Shown: positions 1 to 13,574 of the stretch, piece by piece
Numbering within the stretch: position 1 is the stretch's first letter
Layout: the number at the start of each line of letters is the position of its first letter
From: Selaginella moellendorffii
Taxonomy: Eukaryota; Plantae; Lycopodiophyta
Reading direction: 5' to 3'
Length of the DNA stretch: 64,000 nt
Assembly: GCF_000143415.4 (NCBI RefSeq)
Contig: NW_003314272.1
Location: 163,729-227,728, forward strand
Position numbers and translations under genes: made by a program
Notes under the pieces: model-generated
Database searches by the model: none
Told to the model about the DNA's origin: nothing
Seen by the model: the letters and a program-made list of their open reading frames with translations, nothing else

Positions 1-271
1 GATCGACGAGAGTTGTGTACGGAAAGAGCATTGTAAAAAATCCTTCTCGTGACCAGGCGACGCTTGACAATGATGTATGGTGGAAGGACATAACGTACGC
101 TTTGCAGGCTTCAAGAAGCCTCGCTCGCTCGCTTCCTTTCAAACCATTTGGTTTCTGTCCTGGTCCGCAGCCCCAACGTTTTTGCCTTGGGAAGAAAAGA
201 CTGACGTGAATACCAGTCAAAACATCAAAATAGACTGATACTAACAAGATCCGAAGAAACCTGGTTGGAAG

Positions 272-3092
272 CTAGAAGTTTGGCATCGCAGCCATCTTCT
301 CCAGATCTTCTTGTGACAGCAGTGTTGATTTGCTGACCTGAGGGTCTGATGGTTGAGCCATCCGCCGCAAAAACTGTAAAATGAAAAGCATTCAACCCAC
401 GCTTTGATAATATTTTCTGTACTTCTCGGGCAATGTGGACTGCCATATCAGTACTCAGGTTTAGGTGCTCTTCCCGTAGCTGAGATTGAATCCACTGCGG
501 CAACTTGTTTCGTTTGTTAGGAAGGTTATACCTGTTTCAATGTCAACAAAATTAGAAAAAAGAAAAGGAAAAAAGAAAAAGAAACGACAGGGGATAACCT
601 CTTGTCTGCAAATATCATCATTCCGTAATCTGCTTTTGAGCGAATGACACGGCCTACGCATTGAGCAGCTTGTCTCTGGTACAGGTAAACGAATAAGCGG
701 AGAACAGAACGTAAAGAACTTGCCACAGCATCGAAGGTGAGAAAGTCTCCCTCCTTTATCTGAAATGTATCTCGCAAATACTCCAGGCGCGCATTCAATA
801 TTCTGGGAATCGAAAAGAGGGAGATTCATCGTTTTGGATATGCGTGTACAACTTACTTGCTCAGTGTATACTGAAACGGCACCCCAAACATTATGACAAG
901 GCGACCATAATGTCGATCGAAGTCAATACCTTCTGCAACTTTCCCCCTACATAGAACAATGTTTTTGCCAAGTAAAAGATGCCAGAAAAGCTAACAAACC
1001 TAGCGACTGAGAAAAATACGGCTCCACGGCCACAATCACAGGCTTGACGGAAGTTCTCCAAGGCCAAAGTAGTTTCAACATAGTCTTGCGTTTCTATGAA
1101 CACCAACTTATGTTGCATAACCTCCTGAAACCAGCACTTGCACGTACAGGAATGCCAATAACCTGAAAAATCTCACCTGTAAGATTCCCATCTCATTCCA
1201 GCTGTTGATTATCCCGTCCATGTATGAATAACTTACAAAGAAACATACCACTCCATCCGGGACAGTGGCCACCATTTCGAGCAAGAGGCGTCCATAATTT
1301 CGGACCACACCAGGGTCGCTCCGCATATCAAACTTTGAACTCACCGGAAGTTGATCACTGTAAACAAGTCCTGTGAGATACTCACGACAGTGAAAACAAA
1401 ATAGTACCTTCCTCGCGCGAGGATCATCGGACACAAGCAGTCCCTTGTTAGAGTCATTGTGAAACTGTGGATAATGACCGGGTTAAAGTTAAGCAACCGC
1501 GGGTAGAGATCGATGGGACTTAACGTTCCTGAAGTTATTACCACGGACTGAAAACGGTCAAACACGGGTTTGATGGCGAGAGACGCATCTAGACAGCTTA
1601 GCTGCAACCAAACAAACCGAGGCGTTTGGTCCGAATGATCGGAAAAAAACGAAGCAGGAAAACACGTACTTGCAAGACTGGATCTGGAATATGAGGCATA
1701 CGCTCGTCATAAGGTTCGATGATGATGGAGAAACCGCGAGTGTAGGTGCCAACGAGAGTAAGGAAGTTGCAGACGGTTTGTACATGCAGGAACTCGTCAA
1801 TCTCGGTCACCTCCAGCGTCAGCAAAAGGGAGTGCAAGCGGTCGTAGCAAAACTTGAGCGCTTTCTGGTCCAGCCCCGCTGCAGTGCTCATCGTAGTCGT
1901 GAAAGAAACAGGACCCTCTTTCACTACCGTGTCCGTGTCCAGCCGCTCGCGGAGGTATTGTACCGCTCTCTGTAAAAACGCTACGAAGTGTTCTGCTCGT
2001 CGTATGTTCCCGGGCACAGCCTCACGCAGAATGTCTTCTGGGAGAACGGGGTTGGCAAGCCAATTATCCGAACCTAAAGAACGAGCGAAGCAAGAAAGGA
2101 GCCTTTAGCAAACTTCGTTGTTTCCAACATTACCATGGAGATTTCCTTGCTGCGCCAGACCTTCTACGAGCCTGTTATACTCCTGCCGCAGACGGTTGGC
2201 ATCGGTTTCCTTGAATCTGGAAGACACGACAAGATAAACATGGTTTCACAGGGAAAAAACGGAAAAAGAAGAAAAACCTGGAGATGATTTGGTTGAGCTT
2301 GTGTATGTTCCTGCTGGCGCCATCGAGATTGTTTTGCCGCAAGTTGACGCTGAGCGCCTCGATGCAAACGTTGTCAATGTTATGAGCCTCGTCAAAGACG
2401 ACGATGCACTCCTTTTGCATCTCCTTGGAGATGATCCCCGACACCTTGGGGTCGAGGAGGTACTGATAGTTGTACACCACCACATTCGCAAACTGGATCA
2501 TCTGCCTGGCCAGAAAGTATGGACACCAGCCCCGCTGCCTGCCATACACTCGGAGGTCGTGAAGAGTGTAGACGCCGGGAGGCAATGGCTGCTCGCTGCC
2601 TTGCTTCTCATATCCCTGGTAGAAGGAGCACGTCTCAATGTCGAGGTTGGTCTCGGCGGCGGCTCTCACCCACGACGCCGTCAACTTTCGGCAGCCGGCG
2701 TCGACGCTCTCCCTGGAGGTCTCGCCGCTCACCACGGGATGGATGCACAGGTTCTTCCGGGAGCTCAAGCCCAGCGCCAGGATCTTGGCCCGGCTGCTGC
2801 CAATCTCCTTCTCCTGGTAGAGGTGGAGGCGGCGGAGCTCGTCCAGCACCTTCTCCATCTCGTGCACGGTGCGCGTGCAGTAGATGAGCTTGGCGAGCGA
2901 GGGATTGGCGAGCTGGTAGCTGGTGATGAGGGAGAGGAGCGTGATCGTCTTACCCGTGCCCGTCGGCATCTCCAGGAGGCAATGGCCGCGGGCGTCGAGC
3001 GCGTGCTTGAGCTCCACCATGTACGCATACTGCTCGCGATAGATGAACTCATAGGGGAAGTAGACGGTGAGCCCCTCGATCACAAACTTCAT
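272..3092 (-). CDS. XPD: TFIIH/NER DNA helicase XPD (ERCC2/RAD3/UVH6), multi-exon
   Basis: ATG at 3092 gives [18 protein letters not shown]; Walker [13 protein letters not shown] box (VFDEAHNID), [22 protein letters not shown]; last exon ends ...KMAAMPNF* at 272; many ~50-nt introns. Confidence 0.96.
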
Positions 3093-3172
3093 AACTCTCA
3101 AGAACCCTAACAAAAACCCCCCCTCTATTTACTGGAAAATTACATAACCGGCTCTATCTTCTTCTCTTGCTT

Positions 3173-5902
3173 TCACTGATCCGCAAGCACTGCATTGCTC
3201 CAAGACAGGATGAAATCCCGAGCAGCCGCAGGGATTCCTGCTCAGAAGATAAGAAACAAATATCAATAGCTACTTTATGTTGATGGAGAGATCACAAACC
3301 TTGCAAGACATCGAGAGCCAATGCAGCTGGATCCAAATCTTTCTCGACCAGCCGGTAGACGTCCAGAACCTGCAGCAACCCAAATCTCATTATTCAGGAA
3401 CTCCACTCCATCGTGAGTAGAGAGAGCATCACTCACTTCGTCAACATGAAGCCTCGAGTCCTCGGTGAAAGCCAATAGGAGCTGGCGCCGGATTTCGGGA
3501 TCGGTGATGACAACTCTCACACCGTCTTTGATGGTGTCTGTGAGATCGAGCTTGGGAACCTGGCCTTGAGAAGCCGTGGCAGACCTGCAGCAGCACAAAA
3601 CATTGAGCTTCTAATCCGATGGAAAAAAAGTGACCTTGCTTTTGACTTCGGACGCTAGGGTTGCGACTCATCATCGCTACTTGCTCTCTGGCAAGCATGA
3701 TCAAGTTCTCCAGCCGGTTCCACTGAAACATGCCATCCTTGAACAGCACCTAGATAACAAATGTGAGAGTTACTTTAGAATCTCGCAAAAATCTAGAGAT
3801 GAGATTTTCTTACTTGCAGCAATCTCTCCCGCAGGTATGGCTCGGGATCAGTCAAGAGTCTCTTTGCTACGTATGGATAAGCTACCTGAGGGAATTTTTT
3901 TTTTGTTGCGTGTGAGTTGAAGATAGAAAAAGTGAAGAGAAGCTTACCTCGAGAAACTTAAAATCTGGCTGGAGCGTCAAACAAATTCCTTCCTGTGTTA
4001 GTAGCGAGCGGATGACTAGCGAATACTTCTCAGGTATACGAATAGGATACTGGTACACAAGCTCATTGAATTGTTCTGTGAACAAAAGCAAAAGAACCAC
4101 ATCAAGAATCACGAGAAGAACAGCTTGCATACTTGTAACAATGCGGAAGTTAAAATCCGCAAGACCCTTCCCCATTGAGTTTCCCCAGATCGCCTCCAGA
4201 GCTGGAACAATAGGTGTTATGTCCGTTCCCGGTGCAAGAAATCCAAGTCTAGAGAAATCGTTGGCCATTTCCACGTAGTCTTCGTTAACGGCGTGAACGA
4301 CCGCATCAATGAGAATTTGCTTATTTCTCTGCATGAACGACGGCCTGTAAGCAGGATATAATAAAGTGTCTCTGCGAAAAAGATACCTGTGTGAGCTGTG
4401 CTACATTGCCAAAATCAACGTAAGCAATGCGGCCATCACGCATTGCAAAAATGTTTCCGGGGTGAGGATCGCCATGAAAAAGACCAAACTCAAGAAGCTG
4501 CCTTAGAGCTGCGCTCACACCAACAGTGATAAAGGCTGGCACGTCGATACCAGCATCAGTTATAGCCTGGAGAGGCGCAACATATAAGCGTGAGGTCGAG
4601 AATCTCTACAAACAACTAAATGACGAACCTGAGGATCAGTGCAGCGAATTCCGTCAATCCACTCCATCACCAAAACACGAGAGCCGGAGAAGCTCTTGTA
4701 CACGAGAGGGATCTTCACGGTCAGATCATTCTTAAAGTTCTTGTAGAAGTCCTCAAGGTTTCGTGCTTCCTGTCTCAGGAAAAAGATTTCAAGAATTAGC
4801 AATCAAGAAGAAGACGGGGAAGGATTTAACTTACAAGAGTGTAGTCGAGCTCTTCTAGCAGCTTCTCTCCAAACTCGTCGACAATCAACTCAGCATTACA
4901 TCCAAGCTTCTTTGTGCTAATGCCGTTCAAGAAAGATGCAAGGGTTCTAAACAGAAACAAATCTCTGTAAATTATAGGCTCGATGCCAGGTCTCTGGACC
5001 TACAAACCAGCAGTGGAGAAAGATGTAAGCGAGAAAGTTTAAGAAAGGAAGCGAGTACCTTGACGGCGACTTCCTCTCCAGAAAGAAGCGTTGCTCGGTA
5101 TACTTGACCAAGGCTAGCTGCGGCAACTGGCTGTGCCGAGATTTTCCGGAAAGCTTTCTCCAGAGGCATGTTAAGGTCGCTCTCGATGATGCTGAATGCA
5201 ATCTGGGAGAAGAAAATGAAAACCAATACGAAACAAGCTTAATAGCAAGACCTGGTTTGGGAACGATGGAACGTCATCCTGGAGTGTGCACAACTCGTTC
5301 ATGTAATCCTGTCGAACGATATCGGGCCTGTTCGCAAGAACCTGCAAAACAACCGAGTTTCAAAATCCATGAAACACGCAAGAAATTCTTCATACCTGTC
5401 CAGCCTTTACAAACGAGGGTCCTAGATCGCAGAGCAAAGTCCTGAGCTGTGCAGCACGAACGGGCACCATTTCGTCGTCTCTTCCAACCAGACAATCGTA
5501 GGAAAGGCTCGCCCAGTACAGTCCGAGCCTCCATATGATCTCCACGCATCGCCCAACAACGGAGGCAAATGACTCCCTCGACTCAAGCACTCTTTGGCGA
5601 ACCTGTTTGCTCCAAACACTAGGCGTAAGGAAGAAAGAGTCCGCGATCTCGAGACTTACCAGTTCCGGTGTGTACTTTCTCAAGAGATTGCAAGCTCCTC
5701 GCTCCAAGTCCAGCTCCTCGAGTGCTTCGGTCGAGGGGAAAGCAGTGGCAGAGCCATTGAGACCCGACTTGATTCTGAGCGGAGCTGTAGCGACCCGGCA
5801 GATCACACAGCTCCTTTTCCTCGTCCGACCACTGATCGAGTGTGGAGGAACATTTCGGAGCCTGGCACTGCTTCCAATTGCCGGTGTTGCTGCTACCTCC
5901 AT
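3173..5902 (-). CDS. ABC1K1: ABC1/UbiB-family atypical kinase, plastoglobule ABC1K1-like, multi-exon
   Basis: Transit-like N-terminus; LCDLGPSFVKAGQ, AAASLGQVY, HGDPHPGN, YVDFG, RSLLTQEGIC, FKDGMFQWNRLENL; spliced C-terminus ...WSNAVLADQ*. Confidence 0.9.
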
Positions 5903-6094
5903 GTTGGCAGTGAAAAAGAGCCACACTTTCTGGGCAAAACATGTCCACGTAGACCCCGTTAAAAAGCCCACAGCCCTTTTGGATCATATCCATTCATTTC
6001 TCATCGCATTTTCTCATCCAGGAAATGCACCACTTGTATGAGTGACAAGAGGGATGGACTCCACCGCCATGGAAGATTTTTGCAACGCTCCTTC

Positions 6095-7864
6095 CTAGCT
6101 GGTTGCATCCATTTTGAGCGTGTTTTGCATCAGCACGAAACGGGCACCGTCCGACTCCGGCATGACATGGACGCCAGCGGCTTTTGCTGCGAGCTTGGCA
6201 TCTTTGTGAAGTTTGCAAGCACTGATCAAAGAAATCCAGCCATCCCTCTCGCACTCGACGGAGTTTAGAAGCAGTTCCTCCGCCTGTTCCAGCAGGCCCA
6301 AGCGACCCAGGAGATCCACCATGGAAATGCAGTGCTCGACGGCAGGAGAAACTCCATAGTCGTGCTTCATGCCGCCAAAGTACTGGCAGCCGTCCTCTGA
6401 GAAGCCTCCGTGGCTGCAAGCCAGCAGAAGAGCACTGAAAGTTGCCCCGTTTGGCTGGTGGATACTCTCCAGCTCCAGTGTCCTGAAAAGCTCGAAAGCT
6501 TGGCTTGCTTGGCCGTTCTTTGCATACCCTGCGACCGCAGCATTCCAAGTGACTATGTCGCGTTTCCTCATTCCGTCGAACACGCTTCTAGCCGCTTCCA
6601 TGCTTCCACACTTTGCATACATGCTCACGAGTCCGTTGCCTACAGCGACTCCTCCTCCAATCTCCATGCCATTGACGATGGAATGGTGAAAGATCCTACA
6701 CGCTTCCAGTTCTCCCAATCTTCCAAAAGCCTCGAGAGCTGCTACGACGGCGACACCGTCTACAGGAACTCCTTCCAGGTCCATGACGCTAAAGAGTCGC
6801 ACAGCATCCTTGAATCGTCCAGCCCGGGTGTAAGTTGCGATCATAGCAGTCCACGACACTGTGTTCTTGTGTGCCGCTCTATCGAACACGTCTTTAGCTC
6901 GTTCGCTCAAGTCACACCGTGCATAAGCGCTAACGAGAGCTGCGGTCAACATCGTGTCGGACTCCATCCCCCTGAGTGTGATCTCATCGTGGGCAAGACG
7001 AACAAACATTTCAGCACTGGCGGCGGCCTGGAGAACTGCGACGAATGTCATTCTGTCGGCTTGCACGGTGCCTTCCAAATCCATTGACGCCAGTAGCCGA
7101 AACGCAGCCCCGGTCATTTCCTGTCCACCATACGCAGCAAGCATCACATTCCAAGAGGCTATATCCTTTCTGAAAGGCATTGAATCAAAGAGCTTGTTTG
7201 CTTGCTCGATATGCCCGTTTTGGGCATATGCCGAGATCAATGCATTCCAAGACACGGCATCTCTCTCGGGCATCTGATCAAAGACCGCCTTGCATCTATC
7301 CAAGTCCCTGAGCTGCGCATAAACCGTTATGACGGTGTTCCAGGAGACCAGATTCTTCATTGGCATCCTGGCGAAGACACTGCAAGCTCTTTCCATATGC
7401 CCGTTTCGGGCATGTCCAGAAACAAGAGCAGTCCAAGACACGACGTCCCGCTGCGGCATTGCGTCAAAGATTTCCCGAGCTTTAAACATGAGACCGTTTT
7501 GAGAGTAGATCTTCAGCATCACATTCCACACCACTACATCCTTGTCTGGCATCGTATCAAAGAGCTCTCGAGCTTCGACAAGATACCCATTTTGGGCATA
7601 TGCGGTGATCATGACAGTCCACGAAAAAACATTAGGCCTGTCTATGCTCTCGAAGGCCGCCACCGCGCGCTGAATGCTCCCACAGCTCCCATACATCTGA
7701 ACGATGAGATTGCCGAGGTATCTGTTTCGAGAGTGGTGGTGCGATGCTGCAATTCGGCCGTGAACGAGAGTGCCTTGTGCTAGATCCTTGGCCCGCGCGC
7801 ATTTTCTAAGCAGAGAAGCCAAGAGGGCGCATTCGTCTCGAAACGAAGTGTCGACTGTTGACAT
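6095..7864 (-). CDS. PLS-class pentatricopeptide repeat protein with truncated E domain, no DYW; intronless
   Basis: Single ORF of tandem 31/35-aa repeats (xVSWxALIxAYAQNG...A..FD.MP), ACSHGG and DLLGRLG motifs. Confidence 0.92.
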   Translation of the reverse strand: MSTVDTSFRDECALLASLLRKCARAKDLAQGTLVHGRIAASHHHSRNRYLGNLIVQMYGSCGSIQRAVAAFESIDRPNVFSWTVMITAYAQNGYLVEARELFDTMPDKDVVVWNVMLKIYSQNGLMFKAREIFDAMPQRDVVSWTALVSGHARNGHMERACSVFARMPMKNLVSWNTVITVYAQLRDLDRCKAVFDQMPERDAVSWNALISAYAQNGHIEQANKLFDSMPFRKDIASWNVMLAAYGGQEMTGAAFRLLASMDLEGTVQADRMTFVAVLQAAASAEMFVRLAHDEITLRGMESDTMLTAALVSAYARCDLSERAKDVFDRAAHKNTVSWTAMIATYTRAGRFKDAVRLFSVMDLEGVPVDGVAVVAALEAFGRLGELEACRIFHHSIVNGMEIGGGVAVGNGLVSMYAKCGSMEAARSVFDGMRKRDIVTWNAAVAGYAKNGQASQAFELFRTLELESIHQPNGATFSALLLACSHGGFSEDGCQYFGGMKHDYGVSPAVEHCISMVDLLGRLGLLEQAEELLLNSVECERDGWISLISACKLHKDAKLAAKAAGVHVMPESDGARFVLMQNTLKMDATS

Positions 7865-7968
7865 CTGTGGCAAGCGAATAAAAAAGATTTCGCTACGCAG
7901 TCATCGTGCACACTGCGATTCAAAGTTGGCATGGACGAATGTTTGTTAGCTTCCGGTGACAACGTTGA

Positions 7969-9270
<1,302 letters not shown>

Positions 9271-9388
9271 CCGTGTGCCATTTTAGGGCTTATTCTTTAT
9301 ACGAAAGGAAAGCGTCAAAAAGTCGACCTCATTTTTAAGGCTTATTCTTTTTCAAAATTAAAGGCAAACAAAGCTTACTTTAAAGATT

Positions 9389-9460
9389 TGCTCCCAGTGA
9401 GGATCGAACTCACGACCTCTCGCTTACGAAGCGAGCGCAATACCACTATGCTATGGAAGC
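9389..9460 (-). tRNA. tRNA-Thr (anticodon CGT)
   Basis: 72-nt cloverleaf GCTTCCA...TGGGAGC-A; anticodon arm CTCGC-TTCGTAA-GCGAG; T-loop GTTCGATCC; oligo-T downstream. Confidence 0.95.
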
Positions 9461-9556
9461 CTTAACTTATCCTAGATCCGCTCACCTTCCTAGAACATTG
9501 ATGTGTCTTCTTGTATTTCCATGTTTACTTGAATAAAGAGCTACCTAGGGCTTGCC

Positions 9557-10301
9557 ATGGCGCTCTCGGGGCTCTCGTCCGTAGCATCCGGAGCGGCGCT
9601 GGTGGCGGCGTCGTCTACATCAGGGCCTGGGGTGAGCTTAAACCTAGCCGCATTTGTTTGATCCATCGCCACAGAGAGATTTCGTCTTGCAGCGGACGAG
9701 CGTGAGGATTCCTACATTTCTAGCATGGCGGAGGGATCGGAGACTGCTGCGGTGCGATTCCGCCCGCGCCTTGTCGCCTGCGAGTAAGACTGGGGAGGAA
9801 TCCGCGACGAGGAGCGCGGTAGCGGCATCAAAGCCACAAGACCCGCTCAGATCGTTTCCGTGGGACGTGGCCGCCAAGAGATTCGCCGCCAGGCTATCCG
9901 ACTTGGTGTGGACGGCGCTCAAGTGGCTCACCATCCCTGTGCTGCTCGTCTCCTCCGCCAGCGAGCTCGCCTACACGCTCGTCCATGGCAAGGCCCTCTT
10001 CGTGCCAGTCTCCATGCTCCTCGGGATTGCGCTCGCGGGGATCATGAACGAGGTTGCGAAAGAAGTGTCTCCAAGTCTCCGGGTACGTGCACGCTTGCGA
10101 GCGACTGACTTGACGAGTTTTTCTCGCCTCGTTCTCTTGCAGAAGGGATTTCCATTCCACTTGGTGGTGATCGGCGTTGGATTTGGATTGATCAAGATGC
10201 CCGGACCCTCGTATCCTTTCTGGGGACGGATAATTCTTCCACACTTTGCGAATGGCGGGCTGTGGCAGACTTGCTATCTCATCTGGCGTGGGCTGAGATG
10301 A
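9557..10301 (+). CDS. Plastid membrane protein resembling EMB1273 (At1g49510); 3 exons
   Basis: ATG 9557, introns near 9632-9692 and 10083-10143; hydrophobic helices and C-terminal PGPSYPFWGRIILPHFANG motif, recalled from EMB1273-type proteins. Confidence 0.6.
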
Positions 10302-10449
10302 TCTTCCGAGTGTTGTACTACTCTCGAGATATTTGAGGAGGGCATATCCGGCAGGGATCCTTGGAATATCCACTTGGTGCTTCTTTCAAAGTTAGTAGTT
10401 CTTCCACTTCCGCCCTAGAAGAGATTTTTGGCCGCGCCTGCCACTAGCT

Positions 10450-12563
10450 ATGCAGGGCACTCGAGTGCCTCTCCATTGCTCTCCATTCCTTCCGCTCCCT
10501 CCGCCACCGCTTCTGCCACCTCCGCCGCCGCTTTCTCCATTCCAATCCACTCTCGCGAGCAGCTGCTCGTTTCAGTCTCTTCCTCTCGCCTTGTCCCCGC
10601 CGAGAAGTGGTGCTCTGGAGAGCTGTGCTGCTGCGTTCTGGAGCCCGAGCTTGGTGAGAAAGCAGAGGAGGAGGAGGAGATTGTCGAAGCTGGATGCCGT
10701 TGCCAATGCTGTGGAGGAGCGGGGGCGGGAGCGGGACACTGGTACCATTGGGCCTCGCCGAATTGCTCTCTTCGTGGAGCCGTCTCCGTTTGCGTGAGTA
10801 GCAATTTCTTTCCTCTCATTCTCTCATTGTCTTGCTGGGCACAGCTATGTCTCTGGATATAAAAATCGCTTCCAGAATTTCATTCGCTATTTGAGAGAGA
10901 TGGGGGACGAGGTTCGTGCTTTTGCGTGCTTTTCTTCTTGTTCTGTTTATAATCTTTAATTCCAGGTGCTGATTATCACGACACACGAAGGTGTTCCCAC
11001 CGAGTTTCATGGAGCCAAAGTTATCGGTTCCTGGAGGTAATGCTCAATTTCTACGAAGAAAAAACGTTTTTTCTTTTTTTTTTCCTTTTGAAACAAGTGT
11101 TTTTCTCTTTTCTCGTGAAGCTTTCCTTGCCCGTTCTACAAACTCGTTCCCCTGTCGCTTGCTCTCAGCCCACGCATCATCTCTGAAGTTGCGCATTTCA
11201 AGCCCGATATAATTCATGCGTCCTCTCCAGGAATAATGGTATGGTTTTGATTTTCTTCTACATTTTAATTCTTGATGCAGGTTTTCGGCGCTCTAGCGAT
11301 TGCAAAGCTGCTCCACATTCCTATTGTGTTGTCCTACCATACTCATGTCCCTTTGTAAGCTCTTATTGGCTTTTCTTTTACAAAGTTAATGTTTGATCAA
11401 CAGGTATATACCGAAGTACACATTCAGCTGGCTCGTCAAACCAATGTGGCTGATCATCAGTAAAGTTTCACTTTCCCAAGCCAAATCAAATGTTAATTTT
11501 TTTTAAAAAACTTTTTCTGTCGTGCAGAATTCTTGCATCGAGCTGCAGACCTTACGCTGGTAACTTCCAGTGTTCTTGGAAAAGAGCTCAAAGCAGCTGG
11601 CGCAGCAACAGGTATAGTGCAATCAATGTTTGTTTGCATCTAATCCATCCTTTTCCAGCCAACAAGATTCGTGTTTGGCGCAAAGGTGTCGACTCGGATA
11701 GATTCCATCCTCGATATAAAAGTGACGCTATGAGAAACCGGCTCACGTAAGCTTCGGTACATTTTCTCCTTCCGATCTCCATGATCTTGACTGGCAAATC
11801 ACTTTCAGCGGTGGGGAACCTGAGCGTCGCCTAGCGATTTATGTGGGAAGACTGGGAGTCGAGAAGAACCTGGAGTTCTTGTACAAGTATGTCAAGAAAT
11901 ACTTCCACCGGTTTTCTGTTTTCTCACGTTGCAGTGCTTTTAGAGTGATGCAGAGACTACCCGACGCAAGGATTGCGTTTGTAGGTGATGGACCGTCCAG
12001 GTAAGTCACTGAATTTCATGGCTAAACTTGTTCTAGCGAGTCCACATCGTTGCAGGAAGGACTTGGAGGAATTGTTCGCGGATTTGCCAGTGGTTTTCAC
12101 TGGAATGCTTCAAGGAGAAGAGCTCTCACAAGCCTATGCCAGTGCGGACGTGTTCGTGATGCCATCCGAGTCGGAAACGCTGGGCTTCGTGGTCCTCGAG
12201 GCAATGGCCTCCGGAGTTCCCGTGGTTGCGGCTCGGGCGGGGGGCATTCCCGACATTATCTGCGAGGGTGGCGAGACCGGATTCCTGTATGCTCCTGGCG
12301 ATTTGGACGAGTGCGTGAACAGGGTGCGAAGTTTGCTTGATTGCGAGGAGCTGCGGCAGAGGATTGGAGACGCCGGGCGGAAAGAAGTGGAGAAGTTCGA
12401 CTGGAGAGCGAGCACGAGACAAGTGCGGAACGAGGAGTACGGGGCTGCGATCTGGTTTTGGAGAAAGAGGAGGCAGCAGTTTTTGAGAAGATTAGCTTGG
12501 GTCATGAGGAAGCTACACTTGAAACAAAGCTGGTCTGGTGGAAATGTTGGAAGTGCAACTTGA
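10450..12563 (+). CDS. SQD2: Sulfoquinovosyldiacylglycerol synthase (GT4 glycosyltransferase), multi-exon
   Basis: RIALFVEPSPFAYVSGYKNRFQNFI, PDIIHASSPG, SYHTHVP, MPSESETLGFVVLEAMASG. Confidence 0.96.
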
Positions 12564-12629
12564 TTGGACTGTATTCTTTACCTTCGGTTTAAGAAACTTA
12601 GAAGAGACAATGTTCAAGACAGCCTTGAC

Positions 12630-13452
12630 TTACTTCGACTTGCTAATCTCCTTTCTGTCTTTGTCATAGTCTTCTACTAGCTTTCGGACATCCTCCCAAA
12701 ACAAAGCCTCTGCAAAAACTCCTTCGCTGGAGAACCTGGGCAGCAAAATTAGTGTGTTGTGTTGGATACAACCGTGACAAACCAAACGACAAGCATACCA
12801 TTTTGTAACGCTCTTGGTAAACTCCACCGGCGAATGGGCCGAGATGTGACCCGGATCAGCACTCGCAATGCGTAGAGTATACTTTGGCGAGTGACGGGGG
12901 AGCTTGGACGATATTGCTAGTCCAGTACTGGTAAACGAGCCCTGCAAAACTCAAGTTAGAGTCCTCTCCCGCAAGAAAGAAGAAGAAAAAAAAAACAATC
13001 GTGACGTACCGGGAACGGATACGTGACGACTATGTTGTTCTTCTCCTTGAAGTAGACGATCGCTTGGATGGCGAGATTCAAGACAACATACGTGGGATCT
13101 GTGTCAAGGAAACAAGAAAGGAAACAAAACAAAGATTTGAGGATATAAGGCAATGCAGACGAGTAGAACTGGCTTGTTCTCCGGGAATTTCTTGGGATAG
13201 AGCTGCGCTGCCAGAGCAACGAGGCAGGCTAGAAAGCCAAGGCCCAGCTTCATGTTGCTCACCGTCACATTCTCCTTGAATCCCATGTCGCCGATGACCT
13301 GGTAACGGAGGATCCAGCTCTCAGCTCCCAGATCTAGCGAAATTCTCATGAGCTCCTACCTCGGACACAGTCTCATCGAGCATGCGCTTGATGGCGAAGT
13401 GATCGCTGAGATTGACCTTCTTAACCGCGGCCGCGGCCTTCGCCTCCCCCAT
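12630..13452 (-). CDS. SPCS2: Signal peptidase complex subunit 2 (SPC25/SPCS2), multi-exon
   Basis: KKVNLSDHFAIKRMLDETVSEV, KKFPEN, SSKLPRHSPKYTL, FTKSVTKWFSSEG after splicing. Confidence 0.88.
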
Positions 13453-13574
13453 AGCCGGCGACGGTAAACCCTAAGACTGGATTTCCCGTAATGACATGGA
13501 TTTATACACGTCACACTTCTCCTGATATCTCCCGCCCAACGGGGTTTTAGCCCAGCTGCGCATTTAGGGTTCCT

